Part shown: one piece after another, positions 41,301 to 54,805 of the stretch | Numbering within the stretch: the stretch's first letter is position 1 | Layout of the letters: each line of letters opens with the position of its first letter | Assembly: GCF_009914755.1 (NCBI RefSeq) | Contig: NC_060941.1 | Length of the DNA stretch: 64,000 bases | Origin: the human T2T-CHM13v2.0 reference genome, Homo sapiens | Reading direction: 5' to 3' (one strand) | Notes under the pieces: generated by a model | What the model saw: the letters and a program-made list of their open reading frames with translations, nothing else | Told to the model about the DNA's origin: nothing | The model's database searches: none | Position numbers and translations under genes: made by a program

Positions 41301-44300
41301 ATGGAATGGAATGTAATGGAATAGAATTGAATGGACTGGAATGGAATGGACTGGAACAGAATGGTCTCGAATGTAAGAGATTGCAATGTAATTGGCTTGA
41401 ATGGAATGGAATCAAATGGAATGTAATCCAATGGAATGAATGGAATTGAATGCAATGGAATGGAATAGAATGGAATGGAATGCAATGGAATGGAACGGAG
41501 TGGAATCGAGTGGAATGGAATCGAATGGCATGGATTTGAAAGGAATGGAATCGAATGGAATGGATTGGAATGGAATGCACTCGAATGGAATGGACTGAAA
41601 AATAATGGAATCAAAGAGTTTGGAATTGAATGGAACAGAAAGCAATGGAATGGAAGGGACTGGAATGGAAAGGAGTCAAGTGTAATGGAATTGAATGGAG
41701 TGGAATCAAATAGAATGGGATTGAATGGAATCAAAAGGAATAGAAAGGAATGGAGTGTAATGGAAAGATAACGAAAGGAATGGAATGGAATGGAATGGAC
41801 TGGAATGGAATGGACTCGTATGGAATGGACTGGAGAGGAATGGACTCGAATGAATGGAAAAGAATGGAATGGAATGGAATGGAATGGAATGGAATGGAAT
41901 AGAATGGCATGGAATGGGATAGAATGGAATGGAACGAAATGGAGTGGAATGGAGGCAAATGGAATAGAATCAAATGGAATGGCATTGAATGGAGTGGAAT
42001 GGAATGGAATGGATCCAAATGTTATGGACTCGAATGGAATGGACTCAAATAGAATGGACTAAAAAGGAATGGTCTCGAATGGAATTTATTCGAATAGAAT
42101 GGAATCAAACGGAATGCAATAGAATGGAATGGAATCGAATTGAATGGATTTGAATAGAATGGACAGGAATGGAATGGACTGGAATAGAATGGACTCGAAT
42201 GTAATGGATTGAAATCTAATTGATTTGAATGGAATGGAATCGAATGGAATGTAATCAAAAGGAATGGAATGGAATGCAATGGACAGGAATAGAATGGAAT
42301 GCAATGGAATCTAACAGATTGGAATCGAGTGGAATGGAATCGAATGGAATGGAATCGAATGGAATGGAGTCGAATGGAACGGACTGGAACAAAATGGAAT
42401 CGAACGGAATGGACTGGAACAAAATCGAATCGAAAGGATAGGAATCGAACTGAAAGGAATGGAATGGAATGGAATGGAACAGAATCTAAAGGAATGGAGT
42501 CGAATGGAATGGAATCAAATGGAATGGAATTAATTGGAATGGAATTGAATGGAATCAAAAGGAATAGAATGGAAAGGAGTGTAATGGAAAGATATCAAAT
42601 GGAATGGATTGGAATGGAATGGAGTCGAATGGAATGGATAGGAATGGAATGGACTAGTTGGAATGGAATGGAGGCGAATGGACACTAATGGACTGGAAAC
42701 GAATGGAATGGAATGGAATGCAATGGAATAGAATGGAAAGGAATGGAATGGAATGGAATCGGATGGAATGGAAGAGAATGGAGTGGAAAGCAATAGAATC
42801 AAATGGAATGGCATCGAATATTATGGAATGGAATGGACTTGAATGTAATGTAATGTAATGGAATGGAATGGTCCCAAACGTAATGGACTCGAATGAAATG
42901 GACTCAAATAGATTGGAATCGAAAGCAATGGTCTCGAATGGAATTTATTCGAATAGAATGGAATCAAATGGAATGTAATAGTAAAAAATGGAATCGAATG
43001 GAATGGAATCGAATGGAATGGATCAGAATCGAATGGACTGGAATGAAGAGGACTCGAATATAATGGATTGCAATCTATTTGATTCGAATGGAATTGAATT
43101 GAATGGAATGTAATCAAATGGAAAAGAATTGAATGCAATGGAATGGAATAGAATGGAATGCAATGGAATGGAAAGGAATGGAGTGGAATCCAGTGGAATG
43201 GAATGGAATGGAATCAAAGGAAATGGAATCGAATAAAATGGACGTGGGACAAAACGGAATCGAATGGATTGGAATCGAAAGGAACAGAATGGAATGGAGT
43301 GTAATGGACTCAAATGGAAAGGAGTTGAATGTAATATAATGTAATGGAATGGGTTGGAGTGTAATAGAAGGATATCGAATGGAACAGAATGAAATGGAAT
43401 GGACTCGAATGGAATGGACGGGAGTGGAATGGAAACGAATGGAATGGAATGGAATGGAATGAAAGCAATAGAACGGAACGAAATCAGATGGAACGGAATG
43501 CAATGGAATGGTGTCGAATGGAATAGAATCGAATGGAATGGCATCAGATGGAATGGAATGGAATGAACTCGAATAGAATGGACTCGAATGGAATAAAAAA
43601 GAACGGAATGGCATCGAATGGAATGGAATGGAATGGCATGGAATTGAATGGACCCAAATGTAATGGACCTAAATGGAATGGACTCAAAGAGAATGGACTC
43701 GAAACGAATGGTCTCAAATGGAATTCATTCAAATAGAATCGAATCGAATTGAATGAAATAGTTTGCAATGGAATCAAATGGAATGGAAGCGAATGGAATG
43801 GAGCAGAAAGGAATGGACTGGAATAGAATGGACTCGAATGTAAAGGATTGCAATGTAATAGATTCGAATGGAATGGAAACGAATGGAATATAATAAAATG
43901 GAAAGGATTGGAATGCAATGGAATGAAATAGAATGGAATGCAATAGAATGGAATGGAGTGGAATCGAGAGGAATGGAATTCAATGGAATGGAATTGACAG
44001 GAACAATATGGAAATGAACGGATTGGAATCACAAGGAACGGAATGGAATGAAATGGAATGGAATATACTCAAATGAAATGGAACATACACGAATGGAATG
44101 GAGTCAAATGGAGTGGAATCAAATAGAATGGAATCAAATAGAATGGAAATGAATGGAATCAAAAGGAATAGAATGGAATGGAGTCTAAGGGAAAGATATT
44201 GAATGGAATGGAATGGCATAGAATGGAATCAAATGGAATGGACTGGAATGGGGCGGACTCTAATGGAATGCACTGGAGTGGAATGGAATTGAACGGAATG

Positions 44301-44819
44301 GAAAAGAATGGAATGGAATGGAATGGAAGGGAAAACAATAGAATGGAAAGGAATCGGATGGAACGGAATGGAATGGAATACAGTCAAATGGAATAGAATC
44401 GAATGGAATGGCATCGAATGGAATGGAATGGAATGGATTCGAATGGAATGGACTCGAATGGAATAAAATCAAATTGAATGGCATCGAATGGAATGGAAAT
44501 TAATGGAATGGACACAAATGTAATGTACTTGAATGGCAATAAATCAAATAGAATGGAATTGAAAGAAATGATCTCGGATGGAATTTATGCGAGTAGAATG
44601 GAATCGAAAGGAATTCAATAGTATGGAATGCAATTGAATGGAATGGAATCGATTGGAATGGACTGGAGTAAAAAAGAGTAGAATGCAATGGATTGCAATG
44701 TAATTGATTCGAATAGAATGGAATCAAATGGAATGGAAACGAATGGAATGCACCGGAATGGAATGGACACGACTAGAAGGACTCGAATGTAATGGATTGC
44801 AATGTAATTTATTCAAATG

Positions 44820-47800
44820 CAATGGAATCGATTGTAATGTAATCTAATTGATTGGAATGGAAATCAATGGAATCGAATAGAATGCAATGCAATGGAATGG
44901 AACAGAGTGGAATCGACTGGAATGGAATCAAATGGAATGGAATTGAAGGAATGGAATCGACTGGAACGGACTGGAATGGAATGGAATCGAATGGAATGGA
45001 CAGGAACAAAATGGAATGGAATGGATTGGAATCGAATGGAACGGAATGGAATGGAATTGAATGGAATGGACTCGAATGGAATGGAGCCGAATGGAATGGA
45101 ACCGAATGGAATGGAATCCAATGGAATGGAACTGAATGGAATCTAAAGGAATAGAATGGAATGGAGTGCAAAGTAAAGATATCGAATGGAATGGAATGGA
45201 GTGGAACGGACTCAAATGGAATGGAAATAAATGGAATAGATTTGAAAGGAATAGCATGGAATGGAATGGGATGGAATGGAATGAAATGGAATGGAATGGA
45301 ATGCAATGGAGTCAAATGGAATAGAATAGAATGGGATGGCATTAAACAGAATGGAATGGAATGGACTCGAATGGAATGGACCCGAATGGAATAGAATAGA
45401 ATGGAATGCAATCGAATTGAATGGAATGGAATGGTTTGGAATGGAATGGAATGGACCCAAAGGTAATGGGCTCGAATGGAATGGACTCAAATAAAATGAA
45501 ATCGAAAGGAATGGTATCGAATGGAATTTATTCAAATAGATTTGAATCGAATAGAATGAAACAGTATGGAATGGGATTGAATGGAATGGAATCGAATTGT
45601 ATGGACCGGAATAGAATTGACTGGAATAGATTGGAATGTGATTGATTCGAATGGAATGGAATCGAATGGAAAGTAATCAAATGGAATGGAATGGAATGCA
45701 AAGAATGGATTAGAATGGAATGCAATGGAATGGAACGGGACGGAGTGGAATTGAGTGGAATGGAATCGAATTAAATGGAATCGAATGGAATAGAATCAAA
45801 TGGAATGGACTAGAATGGAATCAACCTGGGACAAAAAGGAATCCAACGAATTGGAATCGAATTGGAAAAAGTGAAATTGAATGGAATGGACCCGAATGGA
45901 ATGGAGTCGAATGGAATGGGATGTAATGGAATGGAATCAAATGGAATGGAATTGAATGGAATGGAATTGAATGGAATTAAGTATAGTGGAAAGATATCGA
46001 ATGGAATGAAATGGAATGGACTCGAATGGAATGGACTGGAATGGAATGGACGAGAATGGAATGGAGTGGAATTGACTCGAATGTAATGGAAACGACTGGA
46101 ATGGAATGGAAAATAATATAATGGAATGGAATCGGATGGAACAGAATGGAATGTAATGGAGCCGAATGAAATAGGATCGAATGGATTGGCATCAAATGGA
46201 ATGGAATGGAGTGGAAAGGACTCAAATGGAAAGGATTCGAATGGGATAGAATACACTGGAATGCTGTCAAATGGATTGGAATGCAATGGAATGGAATGGA
46301 CCCAAATGTAATGGACTCAAATGGAATGGACTCAAATAGAATGGACATGAAAGGAATGGGCTCAAATGGAATTCATTCGAATAGAATCGAATCGAATGGA
46401 ATGCAGTAGTATTGAATGGAATCGAAAGGAATAGAATCAGATGGAATGGACCGGAATGGAATGGACTGGAATAGAGCGGACTTGAATATAATGGATGGTA
46501 ATGTAATTGATTCGAATGGAATATAATCGAGTGGAATGTAATCCAATGGAATGGAATGGAAACCAATGGAATGCAATGGAATGCAATAGAATGCAATGCA
46601 ATGGAATGGAATGGAATTGAGGGGTATCATGTGGAAGGGAATCGAATAGAATGGAATTGAATAGAATGGAATCGAATGGAATGGACAGGAATGGAATGGA
46701 CTCAAATGGAATGGACTGAAAAAAAAGGATTGGAATGGATTGGAATCAAACTTAATGGAATGGAGTGGAATGGATTGGAATGGACTCGAATGGAATGGAG
46801 TCGAATGGAAAGGAACCGAATGGAAAGCAATCAAATGGAATGGAATTGAATGGAATCGAAAGGAATAGAATGGAATGGGGTGCAAAGGAAAGTTATCAAA
46901 TGAAATGGAATTGAATGGAATGGAAAGGAATGGACTTGAATGGAATGGACTGGAGTGGAATGGACTTGAATGGAATGGGCTGGAGTGGAATGGACTTGAA
47001 TGAAAAGGAAACGAATGGAATGGAATGGAAAGGAATAGACTGGAATGGAATGGGACGGAACAGAAAGGAATGGAATAGAATAGAATGGAGTTGAATGGAA
47101 TATAATCGAATGGAATGGCATCAAGGGAATGGAATGGAATGGACTCGAATGGAATGGAATCGAATGGAGTAGAATCGAAAGGAATGGCATTGAATAGAAT
47201 GGAATTGAATGAAATGGAATGGACCCAAATGTAATGGACTCAAACGGAATGCACTCAAATAGAATGGACTCGAAAGCAATGGTCTCGTAAGGAATTTATT
47301 CAAATAGAATGGAATCGAATGGAATTAAATAGTATTGAATGGAATCAAATGGAATGGAATCGAATTGAATGGACCAGAATGGAATGGACTGGAATAGAAC
47401 AGACTCGAATGTAATGGACTGCAATGTGATTGATTCGAATGGAATGGAAACGAATGGAATGGAATGGAATACAAAGGAATGGATTAGAATGGAATGCAAT
47501 GTAATGGAACGGAATGGAGTGGAATCAAGTGGAATGGAATCGAATAGAATATAATCGAATGGAATGGAATCGAATGTAATGGATTTGAATGGGATGGATT
47601 TGGGACCAAGTGGAATCGAACGGATTGGAATCCAACGGAACAGAATGAAATGGTATGGAATAGAATGGACCCGAATGGAACGGAATCAAATGGAATGGAA
47701 TCGAATGGAATGGATTTGAATGGAGTGGATTGAATGGAATGGAATTGAATGGAATGGAGTGTGATGGAAGGATATCGAATGGAATGGAATGGAATGGACT

Positions 47801-50620
47801 CGAATGGAATGGACTGGAATGGAACGGTCTGGAATGAAATGGACAGGAGAGGAATGGACTCGAATGGAATGGACTGGAGTGGAATGGAATCAAATGGAAT
47901 GCAAACGAATGGAATGGAATGGAAAGAATTATAATGGAATGGAATCGGATGGAACGGAATGGAATGTAATGGAGTTGAAAGGAATAGAATCGAATGGAAT
48001 GGCATCGAATGGAATGGCATCAAATGGAATGGGATGGAATGAAATGGAGTGGAATGGATTCAAATGGAATGGATTCGAATGGAATATAATAGAATGGAAT
48101 GCCATCAAACGGAATGGAATGGAATGGAATGGAATTGACCCAAATGTGATGGACTCAAATGGAATGCACTCAAATAGAATGGACTTGAAAGGAATGGGTT
48201 CGAACGGAATTCATTTGAATAGAATTGAATGGAATGGAATGCAGTAGTATTGAATGGAATCGAATGGAATGGAATTGAATGGAATGGACAGGAATGGAAT
48301 GGACTGGAATAGAGTGGACTCGAATGTAATAGATTGCAAAGTAAGTGGTTCAAATGGAATGGAATCGATTGGAATGTAATCCAATTGATTGGAATGGAAA
48401 TCAATGGTATTGAATAGAATGCACTGCAATGGAATGGAATGGAGTGGAATCGACTGGAATGGAATCGACTGGAATGGAATCGAATGGAATGGAATTGAAT
48501 GGAATGGAATCGAAAGGAATGGACTGGAATAGAATGGAATCGAATAGAATGGACAGGAACAAAATGAAATGGAATGGATTGGAATGGAATGGAATGGAAT
48601 GGAATGGAATGGAAAGGACTCGAATGGAATGGAGTCAAATGGAATGGAACCGAATGGAATGGAATTTAATGGAATGGAAATGAATGGAATCTAAAGGAAT
48701 AGAATGGAATGGAGTGCAATGTAAAGATATCCAATGGAATGGAATGGATTGGACTCAAATGGAATGGACTGGAATGGTCAGTAAAGGAATGGACTGGAGT
48801 GGAGAGGACTTGAAGGGAACGGTCTGGATAGGAATGGACTCGAATGGAATGGAAATGAATGGAATGGAATGGAAAGGAATATCCTGGAATGGAATGGGAT
48901 GGAATGGAATGGAATGGAATGGAATGGAGTCGAATGGAATAGAATCGAATGGAATGGCATCAAACTGAATGGCATGGAATGGACTCGAATGGAATGGACC
49001 CAAATGGAATAGCATAGAATGGAATCCAATCGAATAGAATTAAATGGAATGGATTGGAATGGAATGGAATGGAATGGGCCCAAAGAAATGGGCTCGAATA
49101 GAATGGACTCAGATAGAATGAACTCAAAAGGAATGGTCTCGAATGGAATTTATTCGAATAGAATTGAATCAAATGGAATGAAACAGTATGGAATGGGATC
49201 GAATGGAATGGGATCAAATCAATGGAATCGAATTGTATGGACTGGAATAGAATGGACTGGAATAGACTGGACTCGAATTTAATGGATTGCAATGTGATTG
49301 ATTCAAATGGAATGGAATCGAATGGAAAGTAATCAAATGGAATTAAATGGAATGCAAAGGAATGGATTAGAATGGAATACAATGGAATGGAAAGGAACAG
49401 AGTAGAATCGAGTGGAATGGAATCGAGTGGAATGGAATCGAATTGAATGGAATCGAATGGAATGGACTCGAATGGAATTGATATGGGACAAAAAGGAATC
49501 GAATGGATTGGAATCGAATTGAAAGGAATGAAATTGAATGGAATGGACCCGAATGGAGTGGAGTCGAATGGAATGAGATCTAATGGAATGGAATCAAATG
49601 GAATGGAATTGAATGGAATGCAGTATAAAGGAAAGGAATGGAATGGACTTGAATGGAATGGACTGGAATGGAATGGACTCGAATGGAATGGAAACGACTG
49701 TAATGGAATGGAAAATAATATAATGGAATGGAATAAGATGGAACGGAATGTAATGTAATGGAGTCGAATGAAATAGAATCAAATGGAATGGCATCAAATG
49801 GAATGGAATGGAATGGAGTGGAATGGACTCGAATGGAATGGATTCGAATGGGATAGAATAGACTGGAATGCTATCAAATGGATTGGAATGGAATGGAATG
49901 GAATGGACCCAAATGTAATGGACTCAAATAGAATGGACTTGAAAGGAATGGGCTCGAATGGAATTCATTCGAATAGAATCGAATCGAATGGAATGCAGTA
50001 GTATTGAATGGAATTGAATGGAATGGAATGGACCAGAATGGAATGAATTGGAATAAAGCGGACTCGAATGAAATGGATTGTAATGTAATAGATTCGAATG
50101 GAATATAATCGAGTGGAATGTAATCCAATGGAATGGAATGGAAACCAACGGAATGCAATAGAATTCAATGCAATGGAATGGAATGGAGGGGAAACGTGTG
50201 GAATGGAATCGAATGGAATGGAATCGGATGGAATGGACTGGAATGGAATGGACTCAAATGGAATGGACTGAAACAAAATGGATTGGAATGGATTGGCATC
50301 GAATGGAACAGAATGGAGTGGAATGGATTGGAATGGACTCGAAAGGAATGGAGTTGAATGGAAAGGAACCGAATCGAAAGCAATCAAATGGAATGGAATT
50401 GAATGGAATTGAAAGGAATAGAATGGAATGGGGTGCAAAGGAAAGTTATCAAATGGAATGGAAATGAATGGATTGGACAAGAATGGACTTGAATGGAATG
50501 GACTGGAGTGGAATGGACTTGAATGGAATGGGCTGGAGTGGAATGGACTCAAATGAAAATGAAACGAATGGAATCGAATGGAAAGGAATAGACTGGAATG
50601 GAATGGGATGGAACGGAAAG
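44820..50620 (+). repeat. ~3.55-3.6 kb period duplication built from alternating A/B subunits (44820-47070 ~ 48360-50620)
   Basis: Colinear rare variants: GGAAATCAATGG (44859/48396), CAGGAACAAAA (45001/48554), ATCTAAAGG (45141/48689), GAAACAGTATGGAATGGGAT (45558/49180), TGGGACAAAAAGG (45827/49484), AACGACTG..AAAATAATATAATGG (46091/49693), GGGATAGAATA (46243/49850), GGGGTGCAAAGGAAAGTTATCAAATG (46877/50430), GGGCTGGAGTGG (46977/50530). Confidence 0.9.
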
Positions 50621-53600
50621 GAATGGAATGGAGTGCAAAGGAAGATATCGAATGGAACAGAATGAAATGATTTGGAATGGAATGGAGTCGAATGGAATGG
50701 AATCGAATGGAATGGAATCGAATGGAATGGAATTGAATGGAATGGAATTGAATGGAATGGAGTGCAAAGGAAGATATCGAATGGAATGGAATGGACTCGA
50801 ATGGAATGGACAGGAGTGGAATGGACTCGAATGGAATGGACTGGAGTGGAATGGACTCGAATGGAATAGAAAAGAATGGAATGGAATGGAAAGGATTATA
50901 ATGGAATGGAATTGGAGGGAACTGAATGTAATGTAATGGAGTCAAAAGGAATAGAATCGAATGGAATGGCAACAAATGGAATGGAATGGAATGGAATGGA
51001 CTCGAAAGGAATGGATTCTCATTTTATACAGTCGAATGCAATGGCATAGAATGGAATGTAATGCAATAGCATGGAATGGAATGGACACAACTGTAATGTA
51101 CTCCAATGGAATGGACTCCAATACAATGGATTCTAAAGGAATGGGCTCGAATGGAATTCTTTCGAGTAGAATTGAATCGAATGGAATGCAATAGTATTGA
51201 ATGGAATAGAATGGAATGGAATAGAATGGAATGGAATTGAATGGAATGGAAGGGAATGGAATGGACTGGAAAAGAGTAGACACGAATGTAATGAATTGCA
51301 ATGTAATAGATTCGAAAGGAATGGAATCGAATGGAATGGAAACGAATGGAATGGCATTGAATGGAATGGAAAGGAATGGAATGGAATGGAATGGAATGGA
51401 CCCAAATGTAATGGACTCGAAAGGAATGGACTCAAACAGAATGGACTCAAAAGGAATGGTCTCGAAGGGAATTTATTCGAATAGAATGGAATCGTATGGA
51501 ATGCAATAGTATGGAATGGAATCGAATGGAATTGAATCGAATGGAATGGAATCGAATGGAATGGACTGGAATGGAATGGACTGGAATAGAATGGACTCGA
51601 AAGTAGTGGATTGCAAAGTAATAGATTTGAATGGAATGGAATTGAATGGAATATAATCAAATGGAAAGGAATGGAATACAATGGAATGCAATGGAATGGA
51701 ATGGAGAGGAATCGAGTGGAATGGAATCGAATGGAATTGAATGGAATGGAATGCAATAGAATAGAATGGAATTGAATGGAATCGAAAGGAATAGAATGGA
51801 ATGGAGCGCAATGGAAAGATATCCAATGGAATGGAATGGAATGGAATTGACTCGAATGGAATGGACTGGAATGGAATGGACTCCAATGGAATGGGCAGGA
51901 TTGGAATGGACTCAAATGTAATGGAAACGAATGGAATATAATGGAACAGAAAGGAATAGAGTGGAATGGAATCTGATGGAATGGAAAGGAATGGAATGGA
52001 GTCGAATGGAATACAGTCAAATGGAATGGCTTCGAATGGAATGGAATGGAATGCACTCAAATCGAATGGACTCGAATGGAATAGAATCAAAAGGAATGGT
52101 ATCGAATGGAATGGAGTGGAATGGTTTGGAATGGACCCAAATGTAATGGACTCGAATGGAATGGACACATATAGAATGGACTTGAAAGCAATGGTCTCGA
52201 ATGGTATTTATTTGAATAGAATGGAATCGAATGGAATGCAATAGTATGGAATGAAATCTAATGGAATGGAAACGAATGGAATGGACCGGAATGGAATGGA
52301 CTGGAATAGAACAGACTCGAATGTAATGGATTGCAATGTAATTGATACGAATGGAATGGAATAGAATGACATGGAATGGAAATGAATGGAATGGAATGGA
52401 ATGGAATAGAATGGAATGGAATTGGATGGAACGAAATGGAATGCAATGAAGTCGAATGGAATATAATCAAAAAGAATGGCATGGAATGGAATGGACTCGA
52501 ATGGAATAGACTCTAATGTAATAGAATAGAATGGAATGGCATTGAATGGAATGGTATGGAATGTAATGGACCCAAATGTAATGGAGTTCAATGGAATGGA
52601 CTCAAATAGAATGGACTAGAAAAAAATGGTCTCCAGTGGAATTTATTCGGATAGAATGGAATTGAATGGAATGCAATAGTATGGAATGGAATTGAATGGA
52701 ATGGAACCGAATGGAATGGACCAGAATGGAATGGACTGGAATAGAACAGACTCGACTGTAATGGATTGCTATTTAATAGATTCGAATGGAATGGAATCAA
52801 AAGGAATGTAATCAAATGGAATGGAATGGAATTCAATGGAAAGGAATAGAATGGAATTTAACGAAATGGAATAGAATGGAATTCAATGGAAAGAACGAAT
52901 TGGCATGGGGTGGAATGGAATCGAATTGAATGGAATCAAATGGAATGGAATCGAATGGAATGGACTGGAATGGAATGGACACGAATGGAAGGGACAGGAA
53001 CAAAATTGAATCGAACTGATTGGAAAAGAACCAAAATAATGGAATGGAATGGAATGGAATGGAATGGAGTCAAATGGAATGGAATCGAAAGGAATGGAAC
53101 CGAAAGGAATGGAATTGAATGGAATCAAAAGGATTAGAACAGAATGGAGTGTAATGGAAAAATATCGAATGTAATGGAATGGAATAGAATGGCCTCGAGT
53201 GGAATGGACTGGAATGGAAAGCACTCAAATGGAATGGACTGGAATGGAATGGCCTCGAACACAATAGAAACGAATGGAATGGAATGGAATCGGACGGAAT
53301 GGAATGGAATGGATTGGAAAGGAATAGAATGGAATGGATTCAGATGCAACAGAATGGAACGGAATGGAGTTGAATGGAATAGAACCGAATGCAATGCCAT
53401 CAAATGGAATGGAATGGAATGGACTCGAATGGAATAGAAACGAAAGGAATGGCATTGAATGGAATGGAATGGAATGGACCAAAATGTACTGGACCCTAAT
53501 GGAATGGACACAAATAGAATGGATTCGAAAGGAATGGCCTCGAAAAGAATTTATTGGAATAGAATGGAATCGAATGGAATGCAATAGTATGGAATGGAAT

Positions 53601-54050
53601 CGAATGGAATGGAATCGAATGGAATGGACTGGAATGAAATGGAAAGGAATAGAGTGGACACGAATGTAATGGATTGCAATGTAATTGATTCGAATGGAAT
53701 GGAATCAAATGGAATGTAATCAAATGGAATGGAATGGAATGCAATGGAATGGAATAAAATGGAATGGAATGGAATATAATGGAATGCAATGGAATGGAAA
53801 GAAGTGGAATCGAATGGAATGGAATCAAATGAAATGGAATCCAGTGGAATGGAATCGAATGGAATGGACTGAAATGGAATGGACTCGAATGTAATGAACT
53901 GGAAGAAAATGGAATCAAACGGATTGTAATCGAACGGAACAGAATAGAATGGAATGGAAGAGAATGGACTCGAACGGAATGGTGTCGAATGGAATGTAAT
54001 CGAAAGGAATGGAATTGAATGGAGTTGAAAAGAATAGAATGGAATGGAAT

Positions 54051-54190
54051 GGAGTGTCCTGGAAATATATTGAATGGAATGGAAGGAATGAAATGGACTC
54101 GAATGTAAGGGACTGGAATGGAGTGTCCTGGAAAGATATCGAATGGAATAGAAGGAATGGAATGGACTGGATTGGAATGGACTCAAATGG
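54051..54190 (+). repeat. 69-bp diverged tandem duplication carrying a 1-bp deletion in both copies
   Basis: GGAGTGTCCTGGAAA at 54051 and 54120; GAAGGAATG (missing T) in both. Confidence 0.8.
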
Positions 54191-54650
54191 AATGGAAAGG
54201 AATGGAATGGAATGGAATGGAAAGGAATAGAATGGAATGGAATCGGATGGAAAAGAATGGAAAGGAATGGACTCGAAGGGAGTAGAATAGAATGGAATGG
54301 CATTGATTGGAATGGAATGGAATGGAATGGAATGGACTCGATTGGAATGGAGTCAAATGGAATGGAATCAAATTGATTGGAAATGAATAGAATGGAATAG
54401 AATGGAATTGAAAGGAAAAGAATGGAATGGAGAGTACTGGAAATATATCGTATGAAAGGGAATTGAATGGACTCCAATGAAATGGACCAGAATGGAATGG
54501 ACTCATATGGAATGGAGTGGAGTGGAATGGACTCACATGGAATGGAAACGAATGGAAAGGAATGGAATGGAATGAATTAGAATGGAATGGAGTCAGATGG
54601 AATGGAATGGATTGGAATGCAGTCAAATGGAATAAAACTGAATGGTATCA

Positions 54651-54805
54651 CATCGAATGGAATGGAATGGACTCCAATGGAATGGACTCGAATGGAATAG
54701 AATGAAATGGAATGGAATGGCATCGAATGGAATGGAATGGACTCCAATGGAATGGAGTCGAATGGAATAGAATGAAATGGAATGGAATGGCATCGAATGG
54801 AATGG
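54651..54805 (+). repeat. 70-bp near-perfect tandem duplication
   Basis: CATCG at 54651, 54721 and 54791; ACTCCAATGG and AATGAAATGG repeated; one mismatch seen (ACTCG/AGTCG). Confidence 0.88.
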
